Of a stretch of DNA of 64,000 bases, positions 12,385 through 26,015 are shown one piece after another. Location of the stretch: contig NW_027191406.1 of assembly GCF_041146345.1 (NCBI RefSeq), positions 1,116,001-1,180,000 of the forward strand, in the 5' to 3' direction. The translations under genes were made by a program, and so were the position numbers. Every line of letters begins with the position of its first letter. The stretch's first letter is position 1. This DNA comes from Neodothiora populina (Eukaryota). The notes beneath the pieces were generated by a model. That model ran no database searches. It was not told the DNA's origin and saw nothing but the letters and a program-made list of their open reading frames with translations.

Positions 12385-13265
12385 ATGGACTCGCAGAGAC
12401 CTTGCAAGAGACAGCGTCTGTCTCCTACTCCCAGTCCTCCAGCAGATCTCGAGGTCTCTCATGAGACGACGACCCTCGCTACGGCAACCAGAGTCCTCCT
12501 TGTAGAAGCGCAAGCACTGTCACATATATGCAGGCATTATGAGACGGACCCATACGCTAGGACTGGCCTCTATACATCAGTCGAGCGCATCGTCGCGTCA
12601 CAGAAGCTGGGAGGTAAAGTCATCGTCTGCGGTGTGGGCAAGAGTGGCCTCGTCGGCAGGAAGACGGTAGCGACGATGAAGAGCATGGGCATTGCTTCGA
12701 GTTTCATGCATGCTGCCGAAGCCGCTCATGGCGATTTGGGCGACATCAGAAAGGTATGAACCATATCAAGTACCCGTCCTTGAGAGACGATGTCACTAAA
12801 TCGCGTCTGAACGAACAGAACGACGTCCTTCTCTTCATCTCCTTCAGTGGCAAGACCTCTGAGTTGCTTAATCTGCTTCCGCATCTCTCTCCAGACATTT
12901 CTGTCATCGCAATGACATCCCACTCGAGGCCATCCGATTGTCCTTTACTGAAAGAGCATGACGGCACTCTTCTGCCCTCACCTCTACACGAACCAGAGGA
13001 GGTCTCGTTTGGCATCTGCGCCCCAACCACATCCACAACAGTTCAGATCGCTATTGGAGATATGCTCGCCTTGACCGTAGCCGAAAGTATTCACATGGAC
13101 CAGAAAGGGCGTGTGTTCCGAAAAAATCACCCTGGTGGGGCCATCGGTGCTGTGACTAAGGCTCAGGCCGATGCCGAGATGGAAGGCTGCGCTGGACCTC
13201 CAACCCCCGATGCATTGAGCTCGCTCGGCATGTTATCGCCAACGATTTCTGCGACGAGTGTGTGA
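12385..13265 (+). CDS. SIS-domain sugar-phosphate isomerase, KpsF/GutQ-like, without CBS domains; intron 12754-12818
   Basis: VIVCGVGKSGLVGRK, EAAHGDLG, ISFSGKTSEL, APTTSTT and HPGGAIG motifs; two ORFs are joined in frame by a GTATGA..CAG intron. Confidence 0.9.
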
Positions 13266-14113
13266 TTGCGCCGGTTGCCAAAAAATGTAACGAAGCAATA
13301 GAAACCTGGCGTCGCGCAACATGTATGTCTTCATCAATTCGCCTACAATCCTGGTGATTCGTCTCGGCCACGCGCAATAGACACATGGTGCCTGCCACCG
13401 AATGAAGACCGCTTTCACCATACCATTACATAACACGACTCTCGGCTATGCAGATGCTCAGGCAGCAGCAGCGGATTGGCAACAACGGTACCTGGGACAC
13501 GATGCGATCACAAAATACGCTACAGTATTTCACATTGGGCGATACAAGTAGATTGAACAGTCTCTGATCAACTGTCGTCAATGCAGGTGTACTGCTGATG
13601 CTGCAGATGCCCGAGCAGCACACAACTTCACCACTGCAGTACGTAACACGAGCTTGACGCCGGGAGAACCGCCCATCTTGGCGTAATTTCGGGATGTGAA
13701 TTTCTAGCACCGAAGGATCTGGCTGAAGCGTCATGAAGACAGCTATCAAAACAACCCGAAATCGAACGTGGGGAGTTGTAACATGCGCACGGAGTATCTC
13801 TTGATGAGAAATAAGATGATGAATTTCAAAATTCCATACCGATGAACGAGCGGTGACTTTTCTCGCCAGTGCAAGCAATTATGAACGACTCTACTCTTAC
13901 CTTGCTTAGCCTGACACTGTCCTTTGGTGGTCCAATTTGTGAAACTCGCTCCTCGCCGATAGAAGCATTAGCATCTCGTCAGCAGATCAAAAGTGCAAGC
14001 AGTTGACCATCTATGTTTACCTGCGTAGTAACACAGTGTCGCCTTCATCGAGCCCTCGTTGGCTCACACACACCCTTGTACATCAGGTAAGCAAGCACTA
14101 CCCGTAGACATCA

Positions 14114-14149
14114 CGCCAGTGAGAGCGCCTGTGACAGCGCCAGTGACGC
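14114..14149. repeat. Three tandem 12-bp imperfect repeats (CGCCWGTGA core) upstream of the histidine kinase gene
   Basis: cgccagtgagag / cgcctgtgacag / cgccagtgacgc read directly. Confidence 0.7.
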
Positions 14150-14493
14150 CGCTTCCGGCGCATCTGATAAGTCACAGTGTGACGGCTTGGGGATGGCGAC
14201 GGCTAAAACCGTATTGCCCAAACCACTACTCAGGCACGGCGGCTGTCATGAGAAAAGGTACCGAGAAAGGTACCTACTGGGCCCCCCCCCTCGCACAGGG
14301 TCCTGCAGCGCTACGTCATGGTTCTACGACCCTTTAACTCAGGCTCTTCCACATCACTGGCACAATGGGCATTTAACAATACACACGCTTTGCAAGTCAC
14401 GCGTAGGTCTTATCATCCGATCGCTAGTTGTTCTCCGCTGTCCAATCTGCATGCAGATGCAGTTTGTGGGATCCGAGTGAATTCGTACATACC

Positions 14494-17400
14494 ATGTGCG
14501 ACTCGCCAGGGCCCCAAGCGCCACATTACGATATACAGCAGGAGCGGGAATTCTACAAGTAATAGAAAAGCCACCACTTGGGCGAAAAACCGCCTCGCAT
14601 ACCCATGGCATGACTGATGTATTTTGGACCACAGATATCTTCAACCACACGAACTTGGTCTTGCTAGTGTTTACAAGAGTGACGGCGTGCAAAATGCGAC
14701 ACGAACGAGCCCGATCCCGTCTCCAGATCGAGCACTCACAGCATTTGCACAATTAGCTACTCTGCGTCTTAATTGCCGCCGTGCTTTCATCAGTTTCTTC
14801 GACCGAGAGTATCAGTATCTTGTGGCCGAAGCGACCCGGTCTTTATCTCTGGAGACCCAATCGACTTCGCAAGCCGGAGATCAATTAATGTATGGTGTTG
14901 CCATCTTGACGCGCAACGGCTCCGTGTGTGAGCATACCGTCAGCCTACCTGTTACCACAAGTCGTGATAAACACGATGCTTCAGTCTTCATTATTCCTGA
15001 TTGTCGCAAAGATGACCGCTTCAAGGACAGACACTATACCACTCATGCCGACTTTCGTTTTTATGCGGGCGTGCCCATTGTTAGCCCCGATGGACTTCGC
15101 ATTGGCTCGTACTGCGTTGTTGATGACCAACCTCGTCACGGTCTTGCTGACGATGAAGTGGCATTCATGAAGGATATGTCTACCACCGTATGTGCTCAGC
15201 GGTCATTTCCTTTACATCACGGGTGGTGACTAACATCTAATAATGCAGATTATGGTACACATGGACATGTTACGTGCAAAGTCTGAGACAGTCAAGGGAG
15301 AGAGGATGGTCCGTGGACTTGGAAGTTTTGTGGAAGGCAAAGCGAGCATCGACGATTGGTGGATGGGCCCAGAAACCAGCGCTTCTCCTTCGGATGAGGA
15401 GTCGCCAAAGGCGGCCAGCCAAGCTCACAGTTGGGCCAACAAGCAATATTCGACGCATCACAAAGCTATGCCAATACCACCAGCAGTGCGCGAGAAATTG
15501 ACGCAAGACCCGGCCATGGTCTTTAGATTCGACACCAACGAGGAGAAAGAGGACGAGGAAGCCGACGATGAAGTGAAACCTACGACAGAAGACTACCGTT
15601 CCAAGGAGACGGAGAAACAGGACACCCTAGCTATTGAAGTAAAGGCCACCTTTGGACGCGCTACACGAATTGTTCGTGAAGCTTTGGGTATCGACGGAGT
15701 CTGCTGCTTCGATGCTAAAGCTGGCCATACTTTCGGTGGCCTGATTGACCAGGCAAAAACCGAACGTTCGAAACGTAGGAAACTTTCCCACCAGTCGGAT
15801 GAAGAGGTCTCCTCGCAATCCGATCCCGAGGAATCCACACTGGAACCCCAACCAGAAAATCAACAGCAGAAAGACAAGCCGTGCGAAGTCCTCGGCTTTT
15901 CCACTGCAAATTATAGCAGTATACATGGCGATCAAGCCAACAAGGTCACGGATGGTATGACTGAAACTTTCCTGCGCTCACTGTTGCGGCGTTTTCCCCA
16001 TGGCAAAATCATCAACTTCGACGAGAACGGACACACGCCGAGCGAAACAAAAAGCACACTACCGGACTTTCAGAAGCAATCGGGACGCAAGAGATCGAAG
16101 AAAGAATTACGAACAGGAGAGGCGGAGTTCTTGCTCAGAGTGTTCCCGAAAGCCCGCAGTCTGGCGATTGTGCCTTTGTGGGACAGTCGACAGCAATTCT
16201 TCAGTGGTTGCGTAGCATGGACCCGTTCGGCTTACAGAGTGCTTACGCCACATTCCGAACTCAGTTACTTGGCTGCGTTCGGTGACTCCATTATGGCCGA
16301 AGTGTCGCGTGTTGATGCTAAGATTGCAGACAAATCGAAGTCCGACTTTATTTCATCCATCTCTCACGAATTGAGATCTCCCTTACACGGTATATTGGGT
16401 TCAGTGGAGTGTCTACAAGATTCAGAGCTGGACCCATTCCAGGAAAACCTGGTACACACTGTCGAAACCTGCGCGAAAACGTTGCTTGATAATATTGATC
16501 ATCTTCTGGGTAAGTTCAAAAGAGCGGCCGCCGATTCCACATGCACTGATAATCTAGCAGATTTTGCCAAAATCAACAACTTCGCACGCAAAGGCGGCAA
16601 CAGACAACAGGGCAAGACGCAGAATATAGCACTCGACGTCGACGTTGATCTTAGCGTGGTCACTGAAGAAGTTCTCGAGACCGTCTTTGCTGGACACGAC
16701 TTTATGAAGCTCAATAACAACTCGGACAATGGACCAGAAGCAGTGACATCTTCGGCGACTTCATTTGCCCAAAGAGCACAACAGCGGCGAAAGTCATCAG
16801 TCTTGAGCAACGGCCCGCAGAAGAACGTGTCTGTTGTGGTGGACATTGATAAAGCCGAAGAGTCTCACTGGATCTTCCGAACCCAGGCGGGCGCATGGAG
16901 ACGCATTTTGATGAACCTGTTCGGAAATGCACTCAAATACACGGAAGCCGGATTCGTTCAGGTCAAACTAGATGCTAAACCTTTGCCTAAAGAAGGCAAG
17001 GTCGCCAAGTCGACCGTCATCTTGACTGTCATCGACTCAGGCAAGGGCATCTCACAGGACTATCTCAACTCTTCCTTATTCGTTCCGTTCGCGCAAGAGG
17101 ATTCATTCCAGCCGGGCACGGGACTCGGCCTTGCGATTACCGCAGCGATCATTCGAAGCATGGGCGGCACGATAGATGTCAAGAGCGAGAAGGGCCACGG
17201 CACAGAAATTACTGTCAAGCTGGGTATGACACATGCACCATACAGTCAGGAGAGTCTTCAACAGTCCATCATCTCAAGCGCGGCGCGACGAACACAGGGA
17301 CTCAAAATCGGGTTTGTTGGGTTTGATGCCGACTCCTACAAGGGCCAGCCGGCGACCGAGGAAAGATCTCCCCAGAACTCGCGCTACAACTTCATGTCTT

Positions 17401-18914
17401 CTTTCCACAGTCTTTGTCAAAACTGGTTCGGCATGGACATGAAGATCATGACAGGACTTGACCAAGCTGATGCAGATATTTTCCTTACCACCGAGGTTGG
17501 ATTGGAACAAATACAAGGCGAGCTTGACAAAATCATGGAGAAACAGTCCGACAAGGATGCGCAGATTTCGGTCAAGGGTACACCACTTCTGGTGCTTTGT
17601 ACTTCAGCATCAACAGCAAACTATATGCTGCACAATCAGCGGATGGGTGAGACTGCTGATATTGCGGAATACATATCACAACCGTAAGTCAAGCCTCGAT
17701 CTTCGTGTGATACTCGTGAAACTGACATTCTCTCAGCTGCGGTCCTCGAAAATTGGCCAAATCTCTTGTGCTATGCCTGGATCGACTTGAGGCGTTGAAG
17801 AAACGTGCAAATTCGATGCCAACTTTCAACGAATCGATCCTCGGCCCATTGGCAGAGGAGATAGAAGAAAGGCGTCCGAAGAGTGAGGGTGCTCAGGACA
17901 AAACCTCGGAGCAATCGCTCCCATTGCGCGATGCAGGAAAGAGTACGAAACCGAGTAGACCTTCGGTGAAGACTTTGAAAGGTATGTTCTTTGTCTATTC
18001 GACCTTGATGACTAGGCTATAGATGACTGACGAACTGCGTAGATGCAAAAGATGATGGTGATACCGAGCACGATCGCATTTCTCCCAAATCCGCAAAGAG
18101 CCCCTCATCGCTCAGGAAATTGGGCGGATCACTTAGAGGCGAAGCCAAGCCAGCAACGCCGGAACGTGTTCGCAATGTTCTGCTCGTCGACGACAATAAG
18201 ATAAATCTGCAACTCCTTGTTACCTACATCAAGAAGACAGGTCACAATTATACTACAGCCGGAGATGGCCGCCAAGCCTTCGAAGCATACAAGAAGCAAT
18301 GTGTGGACGTGTCCCCTACTTCGGCATCTCCACAGAAATCCTCACCATTTGACTATATACTCATGGACGTCTCTATGCCAATCATGGACGGCCTCGAAAG
18401 CACACGCCTGATTCGCGCTTACGAGCGCGATAACAATATCCGGCCGACGACCGTGGTCGCGCTGACGGGCTTGGCATCAGCAAGTGCGCAGCAAGAGGCG
18501 TACTCAAGCGGCGTCAACACGTTTATGACAAAGCCGGTCAAGCTGAAGGAGCTCGGTCGATTACTTGACAAAGAAGAAGACGATGACGGCAACGTCGGCG
18601 TGGAAAGTCCTGTTGATGAAAAGAAGCCTGCGTCGGACAGCAAGAAGCAGACGCAGCAAGACTCGGCCAAAGCACAAGAAGTGAAAAACAAGACCGAGTC
18701 TGAAACAGTGCAGCAAAAGGCGGGACAAAGCGGCGAGATCAAAGCCAGCAGTGGCGGTAGTAGCAATGCCGACTCGAAGGTCAATACCAAAGTGGCCGAG
18801 AAAGAGAAACGAAATGCGTCGCCAACGATAACACAAAGAAAGACTTCGGATCCTGACCACGACAAGAAGAAAGACCACAGCAAATCGGCGAAGAAGAAGC
18901 CATCTCACCACTAA
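14494..18914 (+). CDS. Hybrid two-component histidine kinase (GAF-HisKA-HATPase-receiver); introns 14559-14634, 15188-15248, 16510-16560, 17684-17736, 17982-18042
   Basis: Exon 1 MCDSP..EREFYK joins YLQP. GAF (FRFYAGVPI), H-box SISHELRSPLHGILG, N-box NLFGNALKYT, G-boxes DSGKGI and GTGLGL, receiver VLLVDDN..ILMDVSMPIMDG..TKPV. All five introns have GT..AG ends and preserve the frame. Confidence 0.93.
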
Positions 18915-19315
18915 ATTCTATCGGGACGCGAAGGAGATAGGAGCGAATGCAACATCGAGGGCGCACACTGGCATGCTGGCTGCTTCTCGTCCCACTACCT
19001 CCATCTCTAAACTCCACTCTCAAATCGTCGTCTACCTTCATCTTCTCTTCCACTCCCCATGAAAAGGCGTCCTTTGATCAATTCTACAAAACTTCGCTTC
19101 ACTTCACTTCACTTCTCGATCCCCCTCTTTGAACGGAGGAAACCAAACTCTATGAAATCCCCTTCTCCAGCGCGCATATACATCTAGCGTTTCTACACAG
19201 TTATTATTATTATTCACTATATCTAGCGTTCTATCAAAGTGTATTTATTCTATCAGCCAATTTTTCTCCTTCTATTCTCGCAATTTTAGTTTTGCTCTAT
19301 TCTGTTAGTCCTCAT

Positions 19316-19340
19316 ATGCCATGCCATGCCATGCCATGCT
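19316..19340. repeat. (ATGCC)n pentanucleotide microsatellite
   Basis: atgccatgccatgccatgccatgct. Confidence 0.8.
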
Positions 19341-19557
19341 ATGCGAGGCTATGCGATGCTATACCATAAGGTATTGTCAGGTTTCCCTTCTTCTTTTTCA
19401 CCGGTTCCTTTCCCCTTGAGTTCCCGTTCTACAATTCGGTTCACTCCATTACACATACCCTTCTCCAGACGGACTGTTTGCGCAGCGAGAACAAGGGCTG
19501 CTTGCTGTTGTTTTGTGTGTTGACATATACAGCATGGTATGAAAGAGGTTGTCTCGT

Positions 19558-19629
19558 CTTCTTCTTCTTCTTCTTCTTCTTCTTCTTCTTCTTCTTCTTC
19601 TTCTCTTCTCTTCTTCTTCTCTTCTTCTT
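19558..19629. repeat. (CTT)n microsatellite between the convergent histidine kinase and HECT genes
   Basis: About 15 perfect CTT units followed by degenerate units. Confidence 0.95.
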
Positions 19630-20154
19630 GTATGTATGTATATATACCTTATGAACTCGCTGCCTACCTACCTACATACCTACAGTATCTGACCTGCTGT
19701 TTATGACATGCGTGTCTGACTAGTTATGCGAGGTGCGTGCATGAACGTTGCTTTTTCTCTTTTCTTCTTTTCTTGTCCTTCTGTATCGTTTGGGGTTGGG
19801 TGTGTTCTTCAGCTTCACATTCTTGTCTGTCCAACAGCAGCAGCAACAGCAGCAGCAGTAGCAGGCATGATCAGTATAGTGGTAAGAACAGGCACAGAGA
19901 GCAGCAGCACTAAATCAAAGAGAAAAAATCTCGTTGTGCTCTGTGCGATCTAGAGAACTAATAGGTTGATAATTTCGAAAAAGTTCTGAGAAGAGAAAGA
20001 AAAGGGGACTGGTTCTTCGAGGATTCCTCCTCCTTTTCATCACGTCCGCTAAACGCAAAGCAAAGCCCAGCTCAACGTACAGGCTTGTACGATGCCAGCC
20101 ACATTACACCAAATAATCGTGGTGATTCAAAGAAAAGAACAGAGCTAGGCAGGC

Positions 20155-23100
20155 TCACTTGAGCCCGAAGCCCTCACTCTCACTCACCGCCCTCCAGAGC
20201 TTCTCTTCAAGCACTTCTCGAGAAGGATAGAGCCATAAGACAAGCATGTTGAAGCACGTACGCGCAATGGGGAAGCGCTCCGCATTTTTCCTCCGGGCCA
20301 TGACAGCTTCTGCGTCTTGCCCAGCGGCACCAGGTATCCCGTCTCCTGCTGCAGGTACAATGCCATCGCCTCCACAAGAAATCTTCAAGATCAGGCTCGT
20401 TGCGCCCACGGCGGGGATCCTGTCGCTTCCGGTAATGAAACCTAGGATTTGTCTCTGCTGTGCGGCAGAAACCTTGGCGAAAAAGTCCCAGAACCATGCG
20501 ATTTGAGGCGCTGTTTCTGCAGGGTCAGGCAGCACTTGGTGAGGCGGCACAGGTGACTTCCAGTTCTCGTAGACTGCTACTGCACGCAACGAATTGACGT
20601 CCAGAGCTTCGTCTGATCCTCGGACGAGTAGTTCTATCTCCTCGGGTCGGAAGAGTGATAGTGCATTGCCGGCACATACAGTAAAAAATCCGCGTTTGAA
20701 GGGCTCAAACTGTCGTGACACAGACACGTCGAGGAGGTATCTGATGTACAAGTCGACGAATTCGTGCCGATTCGAGTTGGTGACGGGCTTGTTCTCGCCG
20801 CCAGGGCAGAGAGGAATGTCTGTCACTGTCCCATAGCGCTCAACAGGGGCTACAAAGTCGCGGCAAAACGTCTCCTGTACGTCACCATCAAAGTCCAACA
20901 GCTGCCGCAATCCTGCGGCCAATGCGGGTCGATACTCTGCCAGATCGTCTATGGTATATGTCATGGGTGCTCGCGCACCTGTTATAGGTAGCGAGGGGTT
21001 GGTTGCCGAAGGTGGAGCTGCAGCCAGCAGTTTACGAAATGCAAAAGGAGGTAGTGCGATGTCCAGAATGGTAGAATTGTAGATGGCCAATCCGAGCAGC
21101 GCTCCGACGAGATAATATTGATCGGACGTCTCGAAGGTGCTCGGGTTAAAGTAGCAGGTCCGCGAATCGTCATCGTAAAGGAACATGCCTGTGATTTACC
21201 AAAGTCAGTCACGCGTCATCTCTACAGTGATTAGCAACAAACATACCATGTTCAGGGTCGAAAATATCCCGGACGATCATGAGAAACCATTCTTTGCGCA
21301 AACCACCAGCATCAATACCCTCCTCACCCGTGAATTGCACTTTGAGACCCTTCTTGAGCTCCTCCTGGCCCTGACCGACAGCAGCACTGATTTGCTGAAG
21401 ACTGTCGTCCACCATGCAATCTCTTCGCACTCGCAAGTGCAGATAACCATCAATCGCACGATTGGTAGTGACGGAGTCGAAGTACGCTTCTCTTGCCTTT
21501 AGTTCCATCTGCCGTCGCGCGTCATACTCCAAGACTTTGATCTTGGCGCCCATGGAGAGGAAAAAGGGAAATTGGCAAAATGTGAACTTGCCCTTCTTCT
21601 GCTCCCAAGCCTTGAAGTCGACGACCAGATCGTTGTAGTCGAGCAAGGTGTTGTAAAAGTCGGACGTTGGAAGCAGCTGTCCATGTGTCTTTGCTCTCGG
21701 GCGAGAGAGCGAAGTCGTGCCAGTCATTGCAGGTGTTGATCCCGACCTTCTTGATTGCCACGTGTTATTCGCAACAAAGAGCAGAGCCATGACCTTGGCC
21801 GCCGCCTTCAGCTGCCAGTCTTCACTATAATCAACAATGTTCTGCGCCGGCTCCATGTCTTTGATCCTTACGCCTCCACCGAGTCCGGTTGCGGCGCGGA
21901 TTTGAGCCGAGGTGTTTCTTGCCGAACCTGAAAGATCAGGAATGAGGCCTCCATCATGCGGAATCGTGTGAGAGCGAGTTCTTGGCCTCCTCTTCAGCAA
22001 CCTGTATGTCACGAAGCTAGCGACAAGATCGACAATCTTCAGGAAGCGTGCCTCCGGCAGCCTGCAGAACCAGCCGATAAGATACCTATGACAATTATCG
22101 GACGAATACGACATCAGTCCGAGAATCCTCTTACGGATGCCGGCATGCTGCTCTGGCTCCCGGCTTGAGTGTATTGCCGACGGGCCGGGACGCTTGGGCG
22201 GAGAGTGTTGCACTCTGTCCACAGGATCATGTGGTGACTGTGAGGGCGGGACGGGTGGTCCTCTGTTTGGCATTGGTCTAGCTGCGGATCCGGCGGGTGC
22301 CCTTGGCCTGGCAGTGTTGGCATAAAGGACTGGGTTCATCAGGATCAACATCAGGAAGCGCACATCATCAGGTTCGACGAGCGGCCGACCTGGACGCTTC
22401 AACACATTCTCGGTAATTTTGAGCAGTGCGCGTCCGGCATGTGCCCTGGCTTCTGTCAGGTCGTTATCGATCTCCTGGGCGTTCTTGGGTCCTTTGAGGT
22501 GGTGTCGGATACTCGCAACGTCGCACGAATTCAGGTGATCGACCTTCTCCCACCATCGAGCGCCGGCTGCACGAACCAATTCGTAGAAGCGATTCAATTC
22601 CTCCCAGTCGATATGAGGGGTCCTGGATGTAGTCAGGCGCTTGCGCTCACGGGCGTTTCTATCGTGCCTGTCCGCCTGCTTGCGTGGCGCGCGTCCTGTC
22701 CACCATTGACCGTTCTCGGCAAAGTCGCCAATCATCAGGGTCTTGGCGTCCATGTTCTGTAACGAGTCCAGGGGGCTCGGCCACGTTCCTTGGGCTGGCT
22801 CGGGAGGGGGCGTCTTCAATGCACTTTCGCTACGAGCTCTCGGTGAGATATGCTGTTTTGCGCTGTTGAAAGAGATGTTGAGACAGGCATGGTTACCGTA
22901 GGTCGAAAGCAGATAATCTTCCAACGGCTTGAAGATGACTTTGACGCGCTCATAGTTTGCCTGAGCAACAGAGATATCCGAAGCCATTGCTGGGGGACCA
23001 GGTGGAGCATTGGCTTGCATGCCATCTCTGGGACGGGCGGGGCCATGACCAGAAGAATTAGTGATGGGCGGAGGTGGTGGTCGACGATCTGGCAAAGGCG

Positions 23101-24238
23101 GAAAGGCATGAGAAACAGGCGGTGCCGCTCTGCCGGTGGATGGCCCTGAGGTAGGCGTGATTGGAGCTTGAGGAGAAGAGAGTGTACGCGCATGCGGATG
23201 TGGCGATAGTCTATGTAATGAACGTTTGACGCTGTCGTTCATCTCAGACTTGTCGGACCACTCGGCCCTGGGAAGATGATTTGCAGCAGTAGAAGGAAGT
23301 CCAATTGGAGACTCAAAAGTGCGGGCCGCTGCTGCCGCTGTACCTTGTTGAGATGGATCGTGCCCGGAAACAGTGTCATGCTTAATGAACGGATCCGCAG
23401 AAGCGACTTCTGGCCTCGCCGGAGCAGGGGGTCGCCGGCATCGAGCTTCAAGGTAGTTGACAAGACAGCGGTCGATGATCTCCCTGCAGCGTTGTATGGA
23501 AAAAGGCGCAATCGTGCCAGGGTCTGGTGCCGAACGAGTTTCTGGTCGAGAATCTCCTTGAGCGGCTGCCTTGGGCTTATGAGGCTCGATATCGTTGACA
23601 GTCAAGCAATTGGTGCAGCGGAAGACCTTGACGTCTCTCGGGAAGCGTAGTTTGCTGTCGCAGCACATGCATTGCCGTGAGGCCATATCCCGCTCATCAT
23701 CGTTCTTCTTGCCATTTATGACACGTGTCGGAGTCTGGGCAGCCACCGGACTCTCCAACACCGGAACCAGTGCATCATCCGGAGGGAGGTCTGCGGGTAG
23801 ATGTAGGGTCGGATGACTTCTCTTCCTTCCAAAGAACTTGGGAAGCGGGTTGCTCACCGAGCGATTGTGCGTATGGTGCCTGTCAGCACCGGACGATGGG
23901 GGACGCCGAGTTGGCGATGGAGCAATTCGCGGTTGACTGCCATGATGGGAGAAGACTGGTCGGCTAGGTGACAATGGCAGAGGAGGGAGGTCCTGAGGTG
24001 TACTCGGGACTGGTCGTCTGTGCACCGACGAGGGATGGTGGTGGTGGTGATGGTGATGAGGGGGTGGCGGTGATAGTTGTTGGTGTCGATTCTGAGGTTG
24101 GTATGGTTGCTGGGAGGATGAAGCGGGCGGAGTGTGAACACAGTCGATGTTGTTGCCGTCGTGGTTGATGTTACCGGTATTGCTATTTGGGGATGGGGCA
24201 GGAGAAGAGTTGAAGCGAGGTGCCGGCCAGGGAGGCAT
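20155..24238 (-). CDS. HUL4: HECT-type E3 ubiquitin ligase, Hul4/HECTD2-like; intron 21189-21246
   Basis: HECT motifs LKVQFTGEEGIDAGGLRKEWF, LLGLAIYN, FITGSDRIP and catalytic ARTCFN; N-terminal CxxC..CxxC (CMCC..CTNC); a GTATGT..GCTAAT..CAG intron joins the two ORFs. The ortholog name is less certain than the family. Confidence 0.88.
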
Positions 24239-25157
24239 CGGAGCTCATCTGACTGGTTGGACATGCGCCAACGGAGTGATTATTGATGGATTACCACCGA
24301 CAAGAGATGGAATACAGAGAAAAGAAGCCGGTCCGAAAGGAATGACAAGGATATCTGGGAGGAAATAGTACTCCGGAAAGGGCAATTGCCTGTTATACGT
24401 AACTGCCTGTCCTAGTCACGACAGCGAACGAGCCAAGCGAGAAGGGGGTGCCAGCTTCGGCTTCTGCTGTGTGATGATGATAATGATGATGATGGTGCTT
24501 GCGATACGAACACGACCAGAAGTATATACGAGCAGTTGGCCTTTGATCTTGACCTACCTTAGCATGTTGTAAGCTATGTCTAGAGAATACCCATAGGTAG
24601 CTACCTTAGGCTATCGCCCATCAGCTCTATTCTTTGAGCACGGGTAGGTACGTTTTGTCGTTCAGTGCTACGTAAAGGGGAAGGAGCCAGCACCCAAGGA
24701 ACTTGTCCACGAGGCCTTTTCCTTGGCAGAGAAATGTACCTTACAGTATAATCATCAGTACCGAATTCAAGAATAATTAGAATGCCGGGTTTGACATGTA
24801 AAATCACTTGTTGCTGTACCCCCTTCTAGCGCTGGGTCTCTTGTATATATTTTCTTGTATATACCTCATGAGTCTCTTACATCGTGATTGCCCGTTTCGT
24901 TTGGTAAATCGGCACAGAACAGCACTTGGGTCAGCAGACGGTCGCGGTCGAGAAACACTCGGTCAGGAAGCGTTGATTTGAAATTTTCATCATAGCAATG
25001 GACATATGGTCCGAAAAGTCTTTTTGCTACTAGCTCATCATGTCCGCTAATCCCAGATTTTTGAAAGCCTCCGTCCCAGTCGCCGAAACGAAGAACAAAT
25101 GCAACACTATCACCCAGTACCAAGAACAAGCACCCGATGCACCTCTTATTAGCGCAT

Positions 25158-26015
25158 CTACCTGTAGCGCCAGAGGGACAGGGTGTTGTGTCTCTTCCAG
25201 GTCTTTCTGCGGCCAGCAGTGGTCTTGTTGAACTTGTGGCCACGGCCGAGACCGCGGGACTTCTTGCCGGTGGCGGTAAGACCGCGGGACTCGCGGTGCT
25301 TGTGCACGGCGTTGACGATCCAGTTGATGCGGGGATCCTTGCGGATGGCCTTGTGCTGGGGGTCGACGAGGATGACCTCGAAGTACTTGTAGGTCGAGTC
25401 CTGGTTGATCCAGTACGAGTTCAGGACGCGCAAGTTGGCGCAGCGGCGACCGACACGCTCCTCGGCGGTGGACTTGAGGGAGCGCTGGTACTTGAGCTGG
25501 TTGATACCCTGGTTGGTGGGCTTGCCTGTGAGAAAAAATATCGAATTAGCCATCGAATTCTCTGCTTTTCTGCTTTTCTTCAGACGTCTGCTGCCGCTTT
25601 CCTCGCTCTTCGCATGAGTCATGTTCATTCTGGTTCTTCTCTAAATCTCTGGTGATTGTCGACCATGCTCCGAAGCTCGCTCGACTGTCTGGTGATCGGA
25701 TGACATACCGTAGGTGGCACCCTTGGGGGCGGGCCTCTTGCGACCGCCACGGCGGACACGGGCACGGTAGATAACGTAACCCTGCTTGGCCTTGTAACCC
25801 AGACGGCGGGCCTTGTCGGGGCGCGAAGGGCGCGAGGCGCGGTGGATAACGTTCAATTGACGGAGCTATAATTGATGTACTCTCAGCTAATGTTCAACGA
25901 GTAGGGATCAATCGTGTCTATCGCATACCTCCCAGCAGCGGACACGGAGAAGGAAGCGGAGCACATCGCTCTGCTTCTTCTTCTGGAGCTCTTCGACGTA
26001 TTTGAGGGCGCCCAT
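25158..26015 (-). CDS. RPL15: 60S ribosomal protein L15 (eL15); exons 25929-26015, 25709-25865, 25158-25525; 5'UTR intron 26016-26134
   Basis: [29 protein letters not shown] / [29 protein letters not shown] / ..[29 protein letters not shown]; canonical splice sites; strong codon bias. Confidence 0.98.

Noticed and set aside
13426..13878. 150-aa minus-strand ORF
   Set aside because: Non-ATG start and no family resemblance.
25137..25655. 172-aa plus-strand ORF over RPL15
   Set aside because: Antisense shadow of a highly biased ribosomal protein gene.
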